DNA of 64,000 nucleotides from Thermodesulfovibrionia bacterium (GCA_041500225.1 JBGQLV010000002.1:5616-69615); one strand, 5' to 3'. Positions 9,960 through 19,716 are shown, counted from the first letter of the stretch. Notes: generated by a model from the sequence alone, not told the origin. Program-made: numbers and translations.

Positions 9960-10029
9960 TGACCTATATATTACATTAAGTTATATATGGGTTCAAGGAT
10001 TTGGGGTTAGATGTAAATATCAGCAGGGA

Positions 10030-10533
10030 TTACTTTTTATCAGGGAAGTAAAATCTTCTAAATACCTTTCTTTCATTTTCATTAAGGCCTTCCCAGAATG
10101 GCGATCTGTTGAGGGCTCTCTCTCTTTCTTTCTCTGACATTTCCTGAAGCGTTTTATATTTTCTAAGTGCATTTTCTTTTTTTTCTGGAGGCATACTATT
10201 GACCTTTCTCAACTTCTCTTTGATCTGTTCTTTCTCGGTCTTATCAAGTTCCTTATAAACCCTGAATCTCCACTTAAGCTTATTTTTTTCTTCCGGGGAA
10301 AGTTCTTTGAATATCCTGAAATTTTCTTTTATTTTCTCTCGTTTTTCATGAGGAAGGTTTTTCCACTCCATATATCGCTTTTTTACCTCCTCGCGTTGTT
10401 GAGGGCTCATGTTCTCCCACTTTATCCTGTTATCTATCTTTATATTCTCTCCGGCAATAACAACAGACACAGGAAACGATAAAAATAACAACAGACTTAC
10501 GATAAGCAAAGTTTTCACCTGAAAATACCTCAA
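10030..10533 (-). CDS. secreted repeat protein (DUF3106-like), downstream of the ECF sigma/anti-sigma pair
   Basis: It has a signal peptide (KTLLIVSLLLFLSFPVSVVIAG) and repeated W..L..E.R/K motifs. The track ORF starts at a TTG inside a palindromic repeat. GTG at 10516..10518, preceded by GAGG, is the more likely start. Confidence 0.55.
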   Translation of the reverse strand: MRYFQVKTLLIVSLLLFLSFPVSVVIAGENIKIDNRIKWENMSPQQREEVKKRYMEWKNLPHEKREKIKENFRIFKELSPEEKNKLKWRFRVYKELDKTEKEQIKEKLRKVNSMPPEKKENALRKYKTLQEMSEKERERALNRSPFWEGLNENERKVFRRFYFPDKK

Positions 10534-10577
10534 ATCCCCCCTTCCCCCCCTTTTCTAAAGGGGGGAGTGGGGGGATT
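10533..10577. repeat. C/G-tract palindromic element (AATCCCCCC...GGGGGGATT)
   Basis: It is an imperfect hairpin, AATCCCCCCTTCCCCCCC-ttttctaaa-GGGGGGAGTGGGGGGATT, between the anti-sigma gene and the DUF3106-like gene. Confidence 0.75.
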
Positions 10578-10621
10578 ACCAATTTTCATCATCCTTTGTG
10601 TCTCGTTGAGACATGTGCGTT

Positions 10622-11155
10622 TCATGCTGAGAAATACCCCATTGAACTCTTTTTGTCATCGTGATTTTCTATCACCGGCAGATAGTCAATATTTTTAAGC
10701 ATTTCGATCGAATCAAAAAAGTCCTTTTCCTCGATTATCTGAAGATTTGCAATAATCTCATCCTCATCTAAATCACCCTTGGTAGTCTGTATTGAAATTT
10801 CGCCTTTTGTCTTTTCAGATATAAGAGTTTTCTTATCGTAGTGGTTAGTCTCATCGTAAAACAAGACTATACTGAATGTTATAATCAATAAAGCTGCGAC
10901 GGGTAAAAGTATTCTTAATAATTTTGAAGACCTTTCTCTCTTTATGCCCTTAAGTATGGCTTCCTTTAAATACAAAGGTGGTTGTTTATCTTCCCATAAC
11001 TTTAAGGCATCCCATGCCGTTAAAAGACGAGCGAATTCAGCCTTGCACCCAGAACATACCGATAGATGGCTATCTATCATCTTTTTCCGGCTTTCAGTCA
11101 GTTCACTGTCTATATAAGCTGAAATGTTTTCTCTGACCCATTCGCAGTTCATCAT
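10622..11155 (-). CDS. anti-sigma factor (zf-HC2 type, single-pass membrane)
   Basis: It has the N-terminal HLSVCSGC zinc-finger motif and a central TM helix (LLRILLPVAALLIITFSIVLF). It lies immediately downstream of the ECF sigma gene. Confidence 0.75.
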   Translation of the reverse strand: MMNCEWVRENISAYIDSELTESRKKMIDSHLSVCSGCKAEFARLLTAWDALKLWEDKQPPLYLKEAILKGIKRERSSKLLRILLPVAALLIITFSIVLFYDETNHYDKKTLISEKTKGEISIQTTKGDLDEDEIIANLQIIEEKDFFDSIEMLKNIDYLPVIENHDDKKSSMGYFSA

Positions 11156-11185
11156 TACCCTCCAATATATTAAACCTTAGAATAT

Positions 11186-11752
11186 CTATTTTGTTTCTTC
11201 TGACAGATACCCGATGCTTTTTGCAAGAAAATCCTTTGCCCTGTGTATCCTGAGTTTTACAGCATTCACTGTGCAGCCCAATATCTGTGCAACCTCTTCG
11301 TATGAGCGACCATGGTATTTAAGCAGCAGGACAGCAATTCTGAGATTCGCAGGAAGAGCCATTACAGCTTCACGTACTTTTGTCTTCATCTCTTCCTTCT
11401 CAAGTTTTAAGGCCGGGTTATCTGACTTTGAAGGTATTTCCGGTAGCATCTCATCTTCAATAGAAAGAATTTGTACAGACCGCAATTTTCTCAGCTCATT
11501 GAAACATAAATTTTTTGTTATTGTATACAGCCAAGTCGAAAACTTTGCCGTTGGGGTATATGACTTTGACGCCCTGAATACCCTTAGAAAAACCTCCTGT
11601 GTAATATCCTCTGCCTCTGACGTGCTGTAGAGAAACCTGTTAGCGAGATTATAAACCGAGTGATAATGTCTTGATACGATCTCCTCAAAAGCCGATTCAT
11701 CGCCCTTCTTGACCCTATCCATCAGTTTAAAGTCTATATCAATATCTTCCAT
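11186..11752 (-). CDS. ECF-type RNA polymerase sigma-70 factor
   Basis: Region 2 is DITQEVFLRVF...WLYTITKNLCFN. The region 4 HTH is SYEEVAQILGCTVNAVKLRIHRAK. Confidence 0.9.
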   Translation of the reverse strand: MEDIDIDFKLMDRVKKGDESAFEEIVSRHYHSVYNLANRFLYSTSEAEDITQEVFLRVFRASKSYTPTAKFSTWLYTITKNLCFNELRKLRSVQILSIEDEMLPEIPSKSDNPALKLEKEEMKTKVREAVMALPANLRIAVLLLKYHGRSYEEVAQILGCTVNAVKLRIHRAKDFLAKSIGYLSEETK

Positions 11753-11882
11753 TTATCGTTCACTGTCCTAAACTCGATAATTCAAATAAGATAATGCAGC
11801 CTTAACCGTTATTTATTGTGTTATTAATCCTTAAAGATCTTAACACTTGTTTAAGTTTCAGGATTATTATTAAATACTTTTC

Positions 11883-12012
11883 GTAACACACCCCCTACCC
11901 CTCTTTTTAGAGGGGAGTTTACCTCTTTCCCCTCTTGAGAAGGGCAGGGATGTGTCCCATCTATTAAGAGGGGCTTAATCCGCCTCAGGCGGATTAAGGG
12001 GGGTGTGTTAAC
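11883..12012. repeat. MITE-like element with terminal inverted repeats GTAACACACCCCC / GGGGGGTGTGTTAAC and nested palindromes
   Basis: Nested palindromes include CCCCTCTTTTTAGAGGGG and the 23-nt palindrome TTAATCCGCCTCAGGCGGATTAA (11975..11997). Confidence 0.7.
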
Positions 12013-12067
12013 ATAAAGTTTAGCATGACAAATTATTGGAACATAGCGCGCTGCGTATTGTATCGCT

Positions 12068-12736
12068 TTAATACTTTATGGGTGGGTTGACAATAGAGAT
12101 GTCAGAAGAAACATATCCTTTTATCCTCGTCCTCCTCCCTTCAACCTCAATCCTGCCCTCTGAAAATAATCGTATAGCCTCAGGGTATATACTATGTTCT
12201 AATTTTAATATTCTTTCAGAGAGGGTTTCTTCTGTATCATCCTGAAATACGGGTACCGCTGCCTGTATTATGACAGGGCCTGTATCTATGCCTTCATCCA
12301 CAAAATGGACAGTACAGCCGGAAATCTTTACACCGTATTCAATGGCCTGCTTCTGGCCGTGTAATCCTGGGAAGGAAGGAAGGAGTGCAGGATGGATATT
12401 CATTATCATGCCGGGGAATGCATCTATCAGGGGTTTCCCCACAATCCTCATAAAACCAGCTAAAACAACTAATCCAACATCCCTTTTCTTCAGTTCCTCT
12501 GCAATCTTTATAAAGAAATCATCCCTTTTGGCATATTCCTTTGGTCTGATTACAAGATATTCAATGCCATGTTTTTTTGCCCTCTCTATAGCAAATGCTG
12601 AGGTGTTATCAGTTATCAAAACAGCTATCTCGGCCTTCAATCTTCCGGAGTTGATAGCATCTATGATTGATTGAAAATTCGAACCCCGTCCTGATGCAAG
12701 TACACCGAGTCTCAGATTTGACATGATATCCACCAA
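12068..12736 (-). CDS. purN: phosphoribosylglycinamide formyltransferase
   Basis: It has VLASGRGSNFQ, NIHPALLPSFPG and HFVDEGIDTGPVI motifs. The start may instead be the second Met, at 12724. Confidence 0.9.
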   Translation of the reverse strand: MVDIMSNLRLGVLASGRGSNFQSIIDAINSGRLKAEIAVLITDNTSAFAIERAKKHGIEYLVIRPKEYAKRDDFFIKIAEELKKRDVGLVVLAGFMRIVGKPLIDAFPGMIMNIHPALLPSFPGLHGQKQAIEYGVKISGCTVHFVDEGIDTGPVIIQAAVPVFQDDTEETLSERILKLEHSIYPEAIRLFSEGRIEVEGRRTRIKGYVSSDISIVNPPIKY

Positions 12737-12739
12737 TAA

Positions 12740-13702
12740 TTATAACCTTATTACTATGTAAGCCTTCTCCCTTAAGCCTTTAATCCAGCTTTTATATCTC
12801 TCTGAAAACTGACTCTCAGTTAATTGTTTTAGTACAGATTCTCTTGCTTCGTCCGTACTTTGTGCAGCTACCTTTTCTTCAAGCTTTATAATATGAAGTC
12901 CCTTTTCAGTCCGGAACGGGTTGCTGAATTCGCCTACTTTCATAGAATTGAGTGCATCAATGAATTCTTTTGCCATTTGACTCTTTTTTATAAAACCAAG
13001 GTCGCCGCCCAGCTTCCCTGAAAGATCCTCGGAATACTCTTCTGCGAGTATAGAAAAATCCTCGCCTGCCTTCAATCTTTGAATAATTATGGAAGCTCTG
13101 TCTTCTATGACCTTTATATCCGCATCATCTTTTGGCCTCCCCAAAAATATCTGTTTTATCTTAAAAGTCTCGCCATCGGTGAAGCTTTCTTTATTTGCTT
13201 CCATGTATTTTTTCACTTCTTCCTCAGATACAACAACCTTGTTTCTTATCTGCTGGCTGACAACTTTGCTGATAACTATCTGTTCAGCTAGTCTTTTTTT
13301 GTACTCTTCAAAAGACAAACCTTCCTTTTTAAGAGATTCCTCCAAGGCGTTATCAGTCAATGAATATTTCTTTTTTATATTTTCTACAGCCTCTGTCACT
13401 TCTTCGGTAGTAACATCAAGTCCGAGCCTCCTTGCCTCCTGGATCTGGAGTTTTATATCAACAAGTTTTTCAAGAAAAGCTGCCTCACTATCTTTGAATA
13501 TTTTCAACCGTTCTTCTTCCTTCAATGCCCTAACCTGATCTGCTGCCTCGTTTTCCATCATCTTATATAGCTCACTCCACGTAATAACTTCCTTACTGAC
13601 CACTGCAACAACACGGTCGAGGAGAACAGCAGCATCAGATGCAACTGACAGCATAAGGATATACAATATTATGATAGTTAATTTGAATCTGAACATAATC
13701 AA
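12740..13702 (-). CDS. periplasmic peptidyl-prolyl isomerase/chaperone, SurA-like (parvulin domain)
   Basis: It has a signal peptide, an N-terminal SurA-like chaperone region, and a parvulin segment (FSILAEEYSED...GGDLGFIKKSQMAKEF...GLHIIKLEE). Confidence 0.8.
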   Translation of the reverse strand: MIMFRFKLTIIILYILMLSVASDAAVLLDRVVAVVSKEVITWSELYKMMENEAADQVRALKEEERLKIFKDSEAAFLEKLVDIKLQIQEARRLGLDVTTEEVTEAVENIKKKYSLTDNALEESLKKEGLSFEEYKKRLAEQIVISKVVSQQIRNKVVVSEEEVKKYMEANKESFTDGETFKIKQIFLGRPKDDADIKVIEDRASIIIQRLKAGEDFSILAEEYSEDLSGKLGGDLGFIKKSQMAKEFIDALNSMKVGEFSNPFRTEKGLHIIKLEEKVAAQSTDEARESVLKQLTESQFSERYKSWIKGLREKAYIVIRL

Positions 13703-13971
13703 ATCTTTTTAATTTTAGAGCTAATTATAAAACATAAACAATTTGTTTCTCAATATTTAAAAACAAAAATTATTAAGCAATGAACTACCTCTAACCTTAG
13801 CTTCGAGGAATTCTTTTGATTTAAAAGAAGATTGAATATATTATTATATTAATTTATAATATATAATATATATTAATTAACTGCGAATTTTAGTAGATAG
13901 CATGGTACTTTTCATGTTAATATGAATTCCCTAAAATATTTAAACATCCCCGAGGGGGAAAAACAAATATT

Positions 13972-14433
13972 ATGGAAAAAAAACTTGAGAGAATACTGAA
14001 AAATTATGTAAAAGACGAGTGTAATATAATATCTACACTGCAGGACGTCCAGGAGATTCTTGGTTATATTCCTGAAGAAGCAGTAAATGTTCTTTCAAAA
14101 AAACTTGATATTCCCACAAGCCGTTTATTCGGTATCATTACCTTTTATTCCCAGTTTCATTTAAAACCGAGGGGTGAAAATGTTATTACTGTCTGCCGTG
14201 GTACTGCCTGCCATGTTAATGGTTCTGAAAGGCTGATAAATAGACTTTTTATAGAACTTGAGATTCCGCCTGGAGGAGATACCACAGATGACCTCAGATT
14301 TACTGTAGAAAAGGTTAATTGCATTGGTGCATGCGGCATTGCTCCTGTAATAGTCGTAAATAACAAAGTGCACGGTAAAATGTCATTTGATAAAGTAATG
14401 AGAGAGATAAGAAATATAAAAACAGGTGAATAA
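13972..14433 (+). CDS. NuoE-like [2Fe-2S] subunit of NAD(P)-linked formate dehydrogenase (FdsG/HndA-like)
   Basis: It shows the thioredoxin-like 2Fe-2S Cys pattern CRGTACHVNG...CIGACGIAP. It is the first gene of a three-gene operon with NuoF-like and FdhA genes. Confidence 0.85.
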   Translation: MEKKLERILKNYVKDECNIISTLQDVQEILGYIPEEAVNVLSKKLDIPTSRLFGIITFYSQFHLKPRGENVITVCRGTACHVNGSERLINRLFIELEIPPGGDTTDDLRFTVEKVNCIGACGIAPVIVVNNKVHGKMSFDKVMREIRNIKTGE

Positions 14434-16204
14434 AGAAATCGCAATAAAAGTATGCACGGGCACTGGTGGAATTGCAGCCGGTGGGAATGAGGTATTGTCA
14501 TCATTTAAGAAAGCGCTGTCATCAGCCGGCGTCAAGGCATCTTTTCATGAAAATTGCTCAATACACAAGGTTGGCTGTAGGGGTTTCTGTGCAAAGGATG
14601 TCCTTGTAGATATTATCATTGATGGTGAAAAGACAACCTATCAGTACATAAAGCCTGATATGGTAACAAGGATTATTAGTGAACATATTATTGAAGGTAA
14701 CCCTGTCACGGAGTGGGCTGTTGGAGAGGAATACCACAACTTCCACAAAAAACAGCTAAGGGTAGTACTCTCTGACTGCGGTGAAATAGACCCGGAGGAT
14801 ATCAAGTCCTATTTAGCAGTTGGTGGTTACGAAGCTGCAAAAAAGGCCCTTACCTCAATGATATCTGAAGAGATACTCAGGGTTGTAAAAGACTCTAATT
14901 TAAGGGGTAGAGGCGGCGCAGGTTTCCCCACAGGACTAAAGTGGGAACTCGCGTTAAAAGCCAAGTCTGATGTGAAATATGTCATATGCAATGGTGATGA
15001 GGGTGATCCAGGGGCCTTCATGGACAGGGCGGTAATGGAAGGAGATCCCCATTCTGTTATTGAGGGGATGATTACATGTGCAAAGGCGATCGGTTCTCAT
15101 TTCGGCTATATCTATGTAAGGGCTGAATACCCTTTAGCCGTAAAACACCTTCAGATGGCTATAGACCAATGCCATAAGGCAGGATTTCTCGGCAAAAACA
15201 TTTTCAATACAGGGTTTGACTTTGACATAAAGATATTTAAAGGTGCAGGTGCATTTGTTTGTGGCGAAGCTACAGCCCTGATGCGTTCTATTGAGGGTAA
15301 ACGCGGTATGCCAAGCCCAAAGCTATGGCACTCTGCAATTAAAGGATTATGGGATAAACCAACAGTTCTGAACAATGTTGAGACCTTTGCAAACATTCCC
15401 CGGATTATATTAAAGGGAGCCGATTGGTACAAAAACATAGGGACTGAAAAAAGCGGTGGGACTAAAGTCTTTGCGCTAACGGGAAAAGTGAAAAATACCG
15501 GTCTGATCGAAGTCCCTCTCGGCATTTCCTTGAGGGAGATAATTTATGACATCGGCGGCGGGATTGAAGGTGACAGGAAATTCAAGGCAGTACAGACAGG
15601 CGGTCCGTCAGGAGGATGCATTCCCGCAGAGTTTCTTGATACAGAAGTAGATTATGAGCCCCTCGCACTTGCTGGCTCAATTATGGGTTCAGGCGGCATG
15701 ATTGTACTTGATGAGACTGATTGTATGGTTAATACAGCAAAGTTTTTCCTCGAGTTCACCCAGTCAGAGTCATGCGGCAAATGTACTCCATGCAGGATAG
15801 GTACAAAGAGACTGCTTGAAATATTAGACAGGATCACCTCGGGGAAAGGAAAAAAGGGCGACATAGAACTTCTCCAGGAACTCAGTGAAGATATAAAAGC
15901 AACCTCATTATGTGGATTGGGCATGACAGCACCTAACCCTGTATTAAGTACTATTAAATATTTCAGAAACGAATATGAGGCACACATTATAGATAAAAAA
16001 TGCCCTGCTGCTGTATGTAAAGATTTGATCAAATACTCTATCCTTGGAGAGGTCTGTACCGGCTGTGGCGCATGTAAACGAGTATGCCCTGCTGATGCGA
16101 TTAGGGGTATAAGAAAAACTGCGCATAGAATTGACCCCGCTCTGTGTATAAAATGTGGTACATGTTTTTATGCATGTAAGTTTAAGGCGGTATCAAAATC
16201 ATGA
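14426..16204 (+). CDS. NuoF-like FMN/NAD(P)H-binding iron-sulfur subunit (FdsB/HndC-like) with C-terminal 2x[4Fe-4S] ferredoxin domain
   Basis: Motifs are GRGGAGFPTGLKW, GDEGDPGAFMDR, GAGAFVCGEATAL, ESCGKCTPCR, and C-terminal CTGCGACKRVCP...CIKCGTCFYAC. The GTG start overlaps the upstream stop. Confidence 0.85.
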   Translation: MNKEIAIKVCTGTGGIAAGGNEVLSSFKKALSSAGVKASFHENCSIHKVGCRGFCAKDVLVDIIIDGEKTTYQYIKPDMVTRIISEHIIEGNPVTEWAVGEEYHNFHKKQLRVVLSDCGEIDPEDIKSYLAVGGYEAAKKALTSMISEEILRVVKDSNLRGRGGAGFPTGLKWELALKAKSDVKYVICNGDEGDPGAFMDRAVMEGDPHSVIEGMITCAKAIGSHFGYIYVRAEYPLAVKHLQMAIDQCHKAGFLGKNIFNTGFDFDIKIFKGAGAFVCGEATALMRSIEGKRGMPSPKLWHSAIKGLWDKPTVLNNVETFANIPRIILKGADWYKNIGTEKSGGTKVFALTGKVKNTGLIEVPLGISLREIIYDIGGGIEGDRKFKAVQTGGPSGGCIPAEFLDTEVDYEPLALAGSIMGSGGMIVLDETDCMVNTAKFFLEFTQSESCGKCTPCRIGTKRLLEILDRITSGKGKKGDIELLQELSEDIKATSLCGLGMTAPNPVLSTIKYFRNEYEAHIIDKKCPAAVCKDLIKYSILGEVCTGCGACKRVCPADAIRGIRKTAHRIDPALCIKCGTCFYACKFKAVSKS

Positions 16205-16230
16205 AACTTTGCTCCGAAAATACCTTCTTA

Positions 16231-16284
16231 TGTCATGCTGAACTTGATTCAGCATCTTTTGAGACCCTGAAACGAGTTCAGGGT
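16231..16284. repeat. double-hairpin REP-like element between the NuoF-like gene and fdhA
   Basis: The first hairpin is ATGCTGAA-cttga-TTCAGCAT (16235..16255). The second is ACCCTGAA-acgag-TTCAGGGT (16264..16284). It begins with TGTCATGC, like other family members. Confidence 0.75.
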
Positions 16285-16322
16285 AACAAGGAGGGTTTAG
16301 GAATAATACATAAGAGGTTTAT

Positions 16323-19088
16323 ATGGTTACTCTGACAATAGATGGCATGAAAGTTACAGTAAGGAAGCTGTCAACAGTTCTTGATGCTGCAAAAAAACTC
16401 GAAGTTCCAATACCCACACTATGCCACCATCCTGAACTTTCCCCATTTGGAGGTTGCAGGCTATGTATAGTTGAAATTCAAGGTATGGCAAGACCTGTTA
16501 CAGCCTGCACAACTATAGCAAAAGAAGGGATGGTAGTCACAACAACAAGCCCTTATTTAGAAAAATTAAGGAAAACAACCCTTGAACTTCTCCTATCTGA
16601 CCATCCAAATGACTGTATGGTGTGTGAAAGGGCAGGTGATTGCACACTCCAGGAACTTGCATATTTCTACGATATTAGGGAGAACAGATTCGTCGGCGAA
16701 AAAAGACCTTTTATTAAAAAGGACGAAAATCCATTTGTTGAAAGAGCTATGGAAAAATGCATACTCTGCGGGCAATGTGTGCGGGTATGTGAAGAAATTC
16801 AGGGTGTTAGTGCAGTTGATTTTGCTTATAAAGGATTTAATACAAGGGTATGCGCTTCTTATGAGAAAGATCTTGATTGTGAGTTCTGCGGCCAGTGTGT
16901 TGCGGTCTGCCCTACAGGAGCACTAACAGGTAAGATGTGGGCTCATAAAGGAAGGCAGAAAGACATAGAGCAAGTTGATACTGTTTGCCCGTACTGCGGA
17001 TGCGGCTGCAACCTTACACTCCATGTAAGGCGGAACGAAATTATCCGTGTCTCCTCAAGAGAAGATACGATTAACAAAGGCTGGCTCTGCGTAAAAGGTA
17101 GATTTGGTTATGGATTCATAAACAGCGCTGAGAGGCTCACAAAACCTCTTATCAGAATAGCTCCTAAAAAGCATTCGGCATCCGGCGCTAAGCATTCAGT
17201 CAAAAACTCCAAACTCCGAACTCCAAACTCCGAACTCTTCAGGGAGGCCTCATGGGAAGAGGCGTTGGATTATATCGCAAAGAGGTTGGGAGAGATAAAA
17301 GAAAAATATGGTCCGGACTCTATTGGCGGACTTTCTTCAGCAAGATGTACGAATGAAGAAAACTACCTCTTCCAGAAATTCATGCGTGCCGCCGTTGGTA
17401 CAAATAATGTTGACCATTGTGCAAGGTATTGACACAGCGCAACGGTGGCCGGTCTGGCCACAGTATTTGGTTCAGGGGCCATGACAAATTCCGTACCAGA
17501 GATTGAAAATCATGATGTAATCTTTGTCATCGGTTCAAATACAACAGAGACACACCCTATAATCGGTCTGAAAATGAAGAAGGCTGTTAAAAATGGAGCT
17601 GAACTTATTATTGCTGACCCAAGAAAGATTGACCTTGTAAGGTTTGCCAAGATATGGCTGCAGCACAGGCCAGGCACAGACGTTGCCCTTCTGAACTCTA
17701 TTATGCATGTAATTGTAAAAGAAAATTTAACAGATAAAAAATTTATAGAGGAACGGACAGAAGGCTTTGAATCCTTCGAGCAATCCCTCGCCGAATATAC
17801 ACCAGAGGAAGGCGAAAGGATTACAGGTGTTCCAAAGGAAGATATTATAAAGGTAGCGCTTCTTTATGGAAATGCCGTACGGCCCGGTATTTATTACACC
17901 ATGGGTATTACCCAGCATTCTCATGGAACAGAAAATGTCTATGCAATAGCAAACCTGGCGTTGATGACAGGTAATCTCGGAAGAGAAAGTACAGGGGTCA
18001 ACCCTCTCAGGGGACAGAACAATGTTCAGGGTGCAACAGATATGGGTTGCATACCTGACTTCTATCCCGGTTATCAAAAGGTAAATATACCGGGTATCAA
18101 GCAAAAATTTGAAATGGCGTGGGGTGTCAAGCTCTCTGACAAGGTCGGTTTAGCAGCAACGGAAATGATTGGCGCAACCTTCAAAGGCAAGTTGAAGGCC
18201 CTGTACATAATGGGAGAGAACCCTGTTTTAAGCGACCCGGATATGAACCATACAATAAAGGCACTTGGAAAACTGGATTTCCTTGTTGTACAGGACATAT
18301 TCATGACAGAGACAGCAGAGCTTGCGGATGTGGTATTGCCTGCAGCGTGCTTCGCGGAGAAAGATGGTACATTCACAAATACTGCAAGAAGGATTCAGAG
18401 GGTCAGAAAGGCAGTGGAACCACCAGGGGAGGCAAAAGAGGATTCATGGATAATTATGGAACTTGCAAATTTACTCGGGTATAAGATGAGATATAACTAT
18501 ATTGGAGAAGTATTTCATGAAGCTGGAAAGGTATGGCCGGCAGTAGCAGGTATAACTTACGGAAGAATTGAAAAGACAGGCCTTCAGTGGCCATGTCCTA
18601 CACTCGACCACCCCGGAACTCCCTATCTCTTCAAAGGAGGGTTTCCAAGAGGTAAAGCTGCATTCAGTACTGTCAGATACAGACCATCAGAGGAACTACC
18701 TGATAATGAGTATCCATTTTTATTCTCGACAGGAAGACAGCTTTTTCAGTATCATACAGGTTCAATGACAAGAAAAATTGATGCAATCAATAAGGTATCA
18801 CCAGATGCTTATATTGAGATTCATCCCGATGATGCAAAGCAATTGGGTGTAAATGATGGGAACAAAGTAAAAGTATCATCCCGGAGGGGCTCTGTAGATG
18901 TCAGAGTACGAATTTCTGAGCGTCCAGCAAAAGGTATGACCTTCATGCCGTTTCATTTTAAGGAGGCACCAGCAAATGTGCTTACAAATACTGCGCTTGA
19001 CCCAATCTCAAAGATACCTGAGCTAAAGGTATGCGCAGTTAAGATAGAACTAATAAAAAATGGAACCTTGAATGGAAACATGAAATGA
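16323..19088 (+). CDS. fdhA: formate dehydrogenase catalytic subunit, selenocysteine-containing (TGA 17430..17432 read as Sec)
   Basis: Track ORFs 16323..17432 and 17445..19088 share one frame. They are split only by a TGA inside the conserved active-site context [18 protein letters not shown]. The N-terminus has 2Fe-2S ([15 protein letters not shown]) and 4Fe-4S motifs ([23 protein letters not shown]) and the MopB motif [14 protein letters not shown]-like hairpin follows the TGA. Confidence 0.9.
17204..17238 (+). repeat. heptanucleotide tandem repeat (RAACTCC x5) inside fdhA
   Basis: The sequence reads aaactcc aaactcc gaactcc aaactcc gaactc(t). It encodes part of the low-complexity segment [12 protein letters not shown] in a linker. 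Confidence 0.8.
17430..17465 (+). promoter_or_regulatory. bacterial SECIS-like recoding hairpin downstream of the UGA codon
   Basis: The stem GTGGCC (17445..17450) pairs with GGCCAC (17456..17461) around the apical loop GGTCT. It begins about 13 nt after the TGA. The register and the GGUCU loop resemble the E. coli fdhF SECIS as I recall it. Confidence 0.75.
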
Positions 19089-19116
19089 AAAATAAGACAT
19101 TTAAAAAGGAGGCGTT

Positions 19117-19572
19117 ATGATTAAGGCGGATTTATTAAAACAACAGGTTTTGCTTGAGGATCTTGACAGCGAAGGACTGAACAAAATTTCTAAAATTATT
19201 AAAAAGTACTCCCTAAAAAAAGGAGAACAACTTTTTAAAGAAAAGGACGAAACAAAGGGCCTGTGGCTTATCCATTCAGGAAAGATTGAAATTTCCAGGG
19301 TAACTGCTGATGGGTGGAGACAAACACTCGCTGTCTTAACCCCTGGGCATTTTTTCGGGGAATTGTCCATCATTGAGAACAGGCGTCACGTTGCGTCTGC
19401 TGTCGCGATCGAAGAAACAGAACTCTTACTCCTTCCGAAAGAAGACTTCGAAAGGTTGTTCGAAGAAGATATGGCGCTGGCATGTAATATCATTAAAAGA
19501 ATTGCCATTGTGATGAGCAAAAACCTGCGACGGATGAACGATAAATTCCTGAGTGCATTAATAAGCTACTAA
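19117..19572 (+). CDS. standalone cyclic-nucleotide-binding (CAP effector) domain protein
   Basis: The 151-aa ORF has the cNMP-binding beta-roll signature GHFFGELSII...RHVASAVA. No HTH or other output domain is present. Confidence 0.75.
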   Translation: MIKADLLKQQVLLEDLDSEGLNKISKIIKKYSLKKGEQLFKEKDETKGLWLIHSGKIEISRVTADGWRQTLAVLTPGHFFGELSIIENRRHVASAVAIEETELLLLPKEDFERLFEEDMALACNIIKRIAIVMSKNLRRMNDKFLSALISY

Positions 19573-19716
19573 AAAAGAAAGTAGGCAGCAAGTAGTAAGT
19601 AGTAAATAGAAACTGGTAAGTAACAGTCAAGTGATTAATTATTAAATTTTTTTTATTCTCTTCTTACTTTTTCTCCTTATTACATACTACTTATTTTAGA
19701 AAGGAGGATTTTTAAA

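Noticed and set aside
11214-13538. Antisense ORFs 11214..11630, 12270..12674 and 13089..13538 (134-149 aa)
   Set aside because: Each lies within a confidently called gene (ECF sigma, purN, the SurA-like gene) on the other strand. Their Ser/Phe-rich translations have no domain signature.
13825-13885. AT-only low-complexity stretch (tatattattatattaatttataatatataatatatattaattaa) as a possible repeat element
   Set aside because: It has no defined unit or inverted termini. It lies in the long upstream region of the FDH operon and is most simply AT-rich promoter/UP-element DNA.
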